Positions 59,709-64,000 of a DNA stretch of 64,000 nt are shown one piece after another (the stretch's first letter is position 1; each line of letters begins with the position of its first letter). The notes under the pieces were generated by a model that searched no databases, was not told the origin of the DNA, and saw only the letters and a list, made by a program, of their open reading frames with translations. The stretch lies in IMG/VR virus record IMGVR_UViG_3300042301_003793; one strand, written 5' to 3'. The translations under genes and the position numbers were made by a program. The DNA is from a virus.

Positions 59709-59743
59709 ACTGACAAAATGTCAGTATATCTGACATAAAGTCA
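59709..59743. promoter_or_regulatory. Tandem palindromic operator TGAC-N5-GTCA x2
   Basis: ACTGACA-AAA-TGTCAGT (59709-59725) and TGACATAAAGTCA (59731-59743), 20 bp apart, between divergent UVR and clpC genes. Confidence 0.65.
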
Positions 59744-59747
59744 AATA

Positions 59748-59776
59748 TTGACTACGAACCTATTTATGTCTAAAAT
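59748..59776 (+). promoter_or_regulatory. Sigma70-like promoter for clpC
   Basis: TTGACT-17 nt-TAAAAT, 17 nt before ATG; could be chance in AT-rich DNA. Confidence 0.45.
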
Positions 59777-59793
59777 TAAATAAAAAATTAAAT

Positions 59794-61854
59794 ATGGCTA
59801 TAGAATTTGTAGATGACGGTGATAAGGGTAAAAAGAAAGATGGTGGTACCCCAGTTTTAGATAATTTCAGTAAGGATTTGATTAAACTAGCAGAACAAGG
59901 AAAACTAGATCCAGTAATTGGAAGACAAAAAGAAATCCTACGTATTGCTCAAGTATTATCTAGAAGAAAAAAAAATAATCCAATTATTATTGGTGAACCT
60001 GGTGCTGGTAAAACGGCAATTGTGGAAGGTTTAGCTATGATGATTCACGCTGGTGAATGCCCAAAAAACTTGGCGGATAAACGTATTGTGTCTTTAGATA
60101 TTAATTCTATTGTTGCTGGTACAAAATATCGCGGACAATTTGAGGAAAGAATGAAGGTTATAATTGAAGAGTTACAAACAAGCCCAAACATTATAATCTT
60201 TATTGATGAGATACACACGATGGTTGGAGCTGGTAATAGTTCTGGTTCTTTAGATGCTTCAAACATCTTTAAACCAGCATTATCAAGAGGTGAGATTCAA
60301 TGTATTGGTGCGACAACTCTTGATGAATATAGAAAACATTTTGAAAAAGATGGTGCATTAGAAAGAAGATTTCAAAAAATCATTGTTGACCCATCAACAA
60401 AACAAGAAACTTTTGAGATTCTAAAACAAAGTAAGGATAAATACGAAGAACACCACAAAGTTAACTATACAGATGAATCACTTTGGTTGTGTGTTGAGTT
60501 AGCAGATAGGTATATTACAGACCGTGAATTTCCAGATAAAGCATTTGATATTTTAGATGAGGTTGGTTCACGTATGCAAATAGATATTAAACTTCCAGAA
60601 CATATTGAAAAATTAAAACAAGAAGCTTCAGATATTAAACAAGAAAAAGCAGATGTTATTAAAAAACAAAAATATGAAATGGCTGCAGAACTTCGTGACC
60701 GTGAAAAAAATATCTTGATGAAACTTGACGAAGAAAAAAAGAAGTTTGAGGAAGGGTTGAGAACTAGTAAACGTGGTATTCCAGAAGATTTAATTTATGA
60801 GGTTGTATCAAATATGACTAAAATACCAGTAAGTAAAATTAATATTGATGAAAAAAATTCACTCGTTAATTTGGAAGATTCTTTAAATAGTTACGTAATT
60901 GGTCAGGATGAAGCTGTTAAAAAAATATCAAAAGCAATCAGAAGAAATAGGGTTGGTATTAAAGACCCAAATAGACCAATTGGTTCATTTATATTTCTAG
61001 GCTCAACTGGTGTTGGTAAAACATTTTTAGCTAAAAAACTGGCAAAAGAAATTTTTGGTAGTGAAGATAGTTTGATTCGTGTTGATATGTCTGAATACCA
61101 AGAAAAACACACCATCTCAAGACTTATTGGTTCTCCTCCAGGATATGTTGGTCACGAAGAAGGTGGACAGTTAACAGAACAAGTAAAAAATAAACCATAC
61201 TCTGTTATTCTTTTTGATGAAATTGAAAAGGCAAATAAAGATATTTTTGCTACATTACTTCAAATGTTAGATGATGGACATATGACGGATGGTCTTGGTA
61301 GAAAAATTAATTTTAAAAACTGTTTGATTATTATGACTTCAAACATTGGGGTTAGAAAAGTTCAAGATTTTGGAAGTGGTGTTGGATTCAAAACAAATAA
61401 TAATAGTGATGCAGTCCAGGAAGAGTATAAAAGAGATGTTTTGAAAAAAGAGTTGCGTAAGTTTTTTGCACCAGAATTTTTAAATAGAATTGACGATGTT
61501 GTTATTTTTAATTCTTTAGTAAAAGAACACATTGATAAAATTGTAAAACTAGAAATTGATAAACTTATTGATAGATTAATAGCAATGAAATATAAAGTTT
61601 CTTATGAATCGTCTGTTATTGATTTAATCGCCAAAGTTGGTTTTGATGAACAATATGGTGCTAGACCAATTAAACGTGCAATACAGGATAAAATAGAGGA
61701 TCTTATTTCTGAAAAAATATTAACAAGTGAAGTCTTGGAAGAAAAAGAATATATGTTATTTGTAAAAGGAGAAGGTGAAGACCAAACAATAGAAATTGAA
61801 GATAGGACAAAACCAGAACCAAAGAAAAAAGGTAGAAAGAAAAAGGAGGATTAA
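59794..61854 (+). CDS. clpC: ClpC-type AAA+ unfoldase lacking N-terminal domain
   Basis: GEPGAGKT/IFIDEIH and GSTGVGKT/LFDEIEK; short UVR-type M-domain (QKYEMAAELRD); VGF ClpP-docking loop; starts ~18 aa before D1. Confidence 0.9.
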   Translation: MAIEFVDDGDKGKKKDGGTPVLDNFSKDLIKLAEQGKLDPVIGRQKEILRIAQVLSRRKKNNPIIIGEPGAGKTAIVEGLAMMIHAGECPKNLADKRIVSLDINSIVAGTKYRGQFEERMKVIIEELQTSPNIIIFIDEIHTMVGAGNSSGSLDASNIFKPALSRGEIQCIGATTLDEYRKHFEKDGALERRFQKIIVDPSTKQETFEILKQSKDKYEEHHKVNYTDESLWLCVELADRYITDREFPDKAFDILDEVGSRMQIDIKLPEHIEKLKQEASDIKQEKADVIKKQKYEMAAELRDREKNILMKLDEEKKKFEEGLRTSKRGIPEDLIYEVVSNMTKIPVSKINIDEKNSLVNLEDSLNSYVIGQDEAVKKISKAIRRNRVGIKDPNRPIGSFIFLGSTGVGKTFLAKKLAKEIFGSEDSLIRVDMSEYQEKHTISRLIGSPPGYVGHEEGGQLTEQVKNKPYSVILFDEIEKANKDIFATLLQMLDDGHMTDGLGRKINFKNCLIIMTSNIGVRKVQDFGSGVGFKTNNNSDAVQEEYKRDVLKKELRKFFAPEFLNRIDDVVIFNSLVKEHIDKIVKLEIDKLIDRLIAMKYKVSYESSVIDLIAKVGFDEQYGARPIKRAIQDKIEDLISEKILTSEVLEEKEYMLFVKGEGEDQTIEIEDRTKPEPKKKGRKKKED

Positions 61855-61868
61855 AACCCTCCTTTTTT
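61840..61868. terminator. Bidirectional intrinsic terminator
   Basis: AAAAAGGAGG-ATTAAAAC-CCTCCTTTTT between convergent genes. Confidence 0.85.
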
Positions 61869-61870
61869 TG

Positions 61871-62656
61871 TTAATGTTTAGTATAACCAAGTTCTTCTAT
61901 CATTAGTTTACCAACCTTAATACCGTTATAGGTATCTTCCACAACAACATATTCATTTCTTGTGTGATAGTTGTAATAACCAATTGAAATATTAAAACAG
62001 GATAGACCAAAATTTTGGTTTAACGGAAATATGTCCGTATAGGGGTGTCTGTGGTATTTGGTATCACCTGGAAAGTGCTCGGTAATTAAACGACTTCCGG
62101 TGTTAAAGAAATCAGTATCTCTTTTAAACATTGGTTTATTCATTAAGAACTCGGAAATCATATTGTTTTCTGGTGCATCAAATTGAATCGCATAACCAAT
62201 ATTTGTAAAGAATTTTGGGTCCGCATTAAATGATCCTTTACACCCAGTTTCTTCGGCAACAAAAAAAGCCGCTTTAAGATTGGGTAATTCTTTTAGTAAT
62301 TCAAGACAAGCATATACACCACACTTATCATCACCACCAATACCAGTCGGTTCTCCTTTATCGTTATAGGCTTTAAGGGATAATTTAACCTCTTTTTGTG
62401 CATTTGGTAGTTGTTCCTCAACGACATTAATTGAATCGATTGTATGGACCGTATCTGTGTGTGCCACAACACAAGGGAAGTACTCAATATTTTCGTCGGT
62501 TTGTTTTGTTGCATATATGTTGTAGAAGTTATCAACATAATACGGGATTTTATTTTCATCCAACCATTCTGTGATAAAATCAATCATCAAATCTTCTTGA
62601 TAAGTTTTTGTTGGTATAGACAACACTTGTTTTAATAATTCAAAATTTCTTTCCAT
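61871..62656 (-). CDS. Zn-dependent peptidase (M20/M28/M42 clan)
   Basis: VAHTDTV, GGDDKCG, FFVAEETG, NISIGYY..HT. Confidence 0.85.
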   Translation of the reverse strand: MERNFELLKQVLSIPTKTYQEDLMIDFITEWLDENKIPYYVDNFYNIYATKQTDENIEYFPCVVAHTDTVHTIDSINVVEEQLPNAQKEVKLSLKAYNDKGEPTGIGGDDKCGVYACLELLKELPNLKAAFFVAEETGCKGSFNADPKFFTNIGYAIQFDAPENNMISEFLMNKPMFKRDTDFFNTGSRLITEHFPGDTKYHRHPYTDIFPLNQNFGLSCFNISIGYYNYHTRNEYVVVEDTYNGIKVGKLMIEELGYTKH

Positions 62657-62660
62657 ACCA

Positions 62661-62691
62661 CAAATATAGAAATATTATTTTGATTTACAAA
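62661..62691 (-). promoter_or_regulatory. Bacteroidota-type housekeeping promoter (-33/-7)
   Basis: Minus strand TTTG, 19-nt spacer, TATATTTG, ending only 4 nt before the ATG at 62656. Confidence 0.7.
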
Positions 62692-63734
62692 AGTTTTTTT
62701 AATACTTTTCTTATATTTTCAAGTAATTCAGGATGATATAAAGCTAAATTCAAATCCTCAAGGTTACTAACAGATCTTTCTTCTTTCTTAGTTCCTTTCC
62801 AAACATCAAAATATAACCTATTTGTTTCTGGGTCAAACCTATGGAAAATAACTTGCATATTTTTCCCTGGTAACTCAATAACATTATTTAACCCACCAAT
62901 TTTTATAACAGCATCAAGCATTTTATTATATTCTTCTTGATCAACACCGTCAAAATCTTCTTCAGTTTTTTCTAAAATCTTTTCAAGATTTCGAGTAAGT
63001 TCTTTTTGGAATCCTTCATCATCATAATCATTACACCAAACATTATATTCTAAATCATACCAACCACCAACAGTTATACCACCATAATTTTCATATAGTA
63101 ATTTTAACATTCCTTTTAAATCCTCGTCTTCAGCGTTTAACATTTTATATAAATTTAATAAAATATTTACAGATGTTACAAATTTATAAGCGTGTTGTTT
63201 TTGTATGACACCAAAATTTCTAAATGGGTCATTTGTTTCGTCCATTAATTGTATTTGTACGGCCCTTGAAATACATTCTTCGTGGTATCTTCCGTATTCA
63301 TATGTAATATCAGAGACTTCATCTGGAAATTTTGAACCTAAAACTCTTGCAATGGTAGAATACTCAACTTCATTATTTGTAAGACGTAAAGTAGGATTTA
63401 TTAATCTTAGTATTTTATTTGTAATTTCAATATTTTCTCCCTTGAAAGCTGAAACAGCATAACCTTCTTTCCAGTCTTCTTCGTATCTCCACATATCAAA
63501 ATCATAGTCGTAACTATACCTACCCATAAATCTTCTCCAGGTATATAAATCATCTTCATCTGTAACACCTAAAACTTCTAAAAAATCATCGTCATCATCA
63601 AATGTAATTTCAACTTTTGGTGATTTACCTTTTGTATAGTAAATGTGATTTATTAGCTCATCAGGATAAGACCATCTATTAACTTCTTCTCCTTTAGCTA
63701 TTTTTTTTAAAAATTCATAGGTTTCACTTGCCAT
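62685..63734 (-). CDS. Hypothetical protein
   Basis: 349-aa acidic ORF preceded by ATATTTAT motif. Confidence 0.7.
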   Translation of the reverse strand: MASETYEFLKKIAKGEEVNRWSYPDELINHIYYTKGKSPKVEITFDDDDDFLEVLGVTDEDDLYTWRRFMGRYSYDYDFDMWRYEEDWKEGYAVSAFKGENIEITNKILRLINPTLRLTNNEVEYSTIARVLGSKFPDEVSDITYEYGRYHEECISRAVQIQLMDETNDPFRNFGVIQKQHAYKFVTSVNILLNLYKMLNAEDEDLKGMLKLLYENYGGITVGGWYDLEYNVWCNDYDDEGFQKELTRNLEKILEKTEEDFDGVDQEEYNKMLDAVIKIGGLNNVIELPGKNMQVIFHRFDPETNRLYFDVWKGTKKEERSVSNLEDLNLALYHPELLENIRKVLKKLL

Positions 63735-63785
63735 ATTAGATAAATATAATTATATTTGTATTTATATATAGTTCTTTGATAATAT

Positions 63786-64000
63786 GGGGGTGTTTTTGGA
63801 TTTGACAGGTATCGGCTGAGGAATAAGGGCACGTAGGGACTGAGTTAATCTCTTTAAAAACTGACTTAGAAAACAACTGGCAATGTGCTAAACAAAATGG
63901 AAACTCTTGGATTAGTAAGAGGTTCTGAAGTTACTGTAGCTTAAGAAGTTTACGGAAACGGGGGGTCGGCAGACATATAACCTAGCAACAGAAGTCGTAG
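63786..64000 (+). ncRNA. ssrA: tmRNA, 5' part (3' end beyond window)
   Basis: GGGGGTG-TT-TTTGGATTTGAC-AGG matches tmRNA 5' end; pk1-like pairings AGGGA/TCTCT and CTGAGT/ACTTAG; ACAACT-GGC resume context; tag ORF 63879-63944. Confidence 0.9.

Noticed and set aside
59794-61854. ClpB disaggregase
   Set aside because: M-domain is short (single UVR-type) and a VGF ClpP-binding loop is present.
63786-63860. tRNA gene
   Set aside because: No anticodon or T arm follows; 5' end, pseudoknot and tag frame fit tmRNA.
1-64000. Stop-codon reassignment
   Set aside because: Conserved genes are full length in the standard code, and TAA, TAG (25990, 47737) and TGA (10064, 10624) all end genes.

Overview
AT-rich segment of a large T4-like-head (jumbo-type) dsDNA phage genome, standard genetic code. 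The host is very probably Bacteroidota: TTTG-N19-21-TAnnTTTG promoters, signal peptides followed by Gln, a T9SS-cargo-like protein and a tmRNA tag starting with Gly all point that way. Left to right: a truncated Gly-rich fibre gene and a structural protein fused to a papain-like protease; a five-gene operon including a WYL protein; a ~17 kb glycosylation region (nine glycosyltransferase genes, two O-methyltransferases, an O-acetyltransferase, and gmd + colD-like + fcl/colC-like, i.e. an apparent GDP-L-colitose pathway) with dUTPase, an exonuclease and PhoH; a gp55-like late sigma factor; baseplate/spike and Cys-rich fibre genes; an HNH endonuclease; the head module (major capsid, scaffold, prohead protease, portal, terminase) with ribosomal protein bS21 on the opposite strand; peptidoglycan-hydrolase-like genes; putative internal head proteins; and a proteostasis cluster (twin-UVR protein, N-domain-less ClpC, metallopeptidase, tmRNA with an atypical 21-residue tag). 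No CRISPR array, tRNA, rRNA or integrase was seen. All family assignments come from motif recognition by eye, with no database search.
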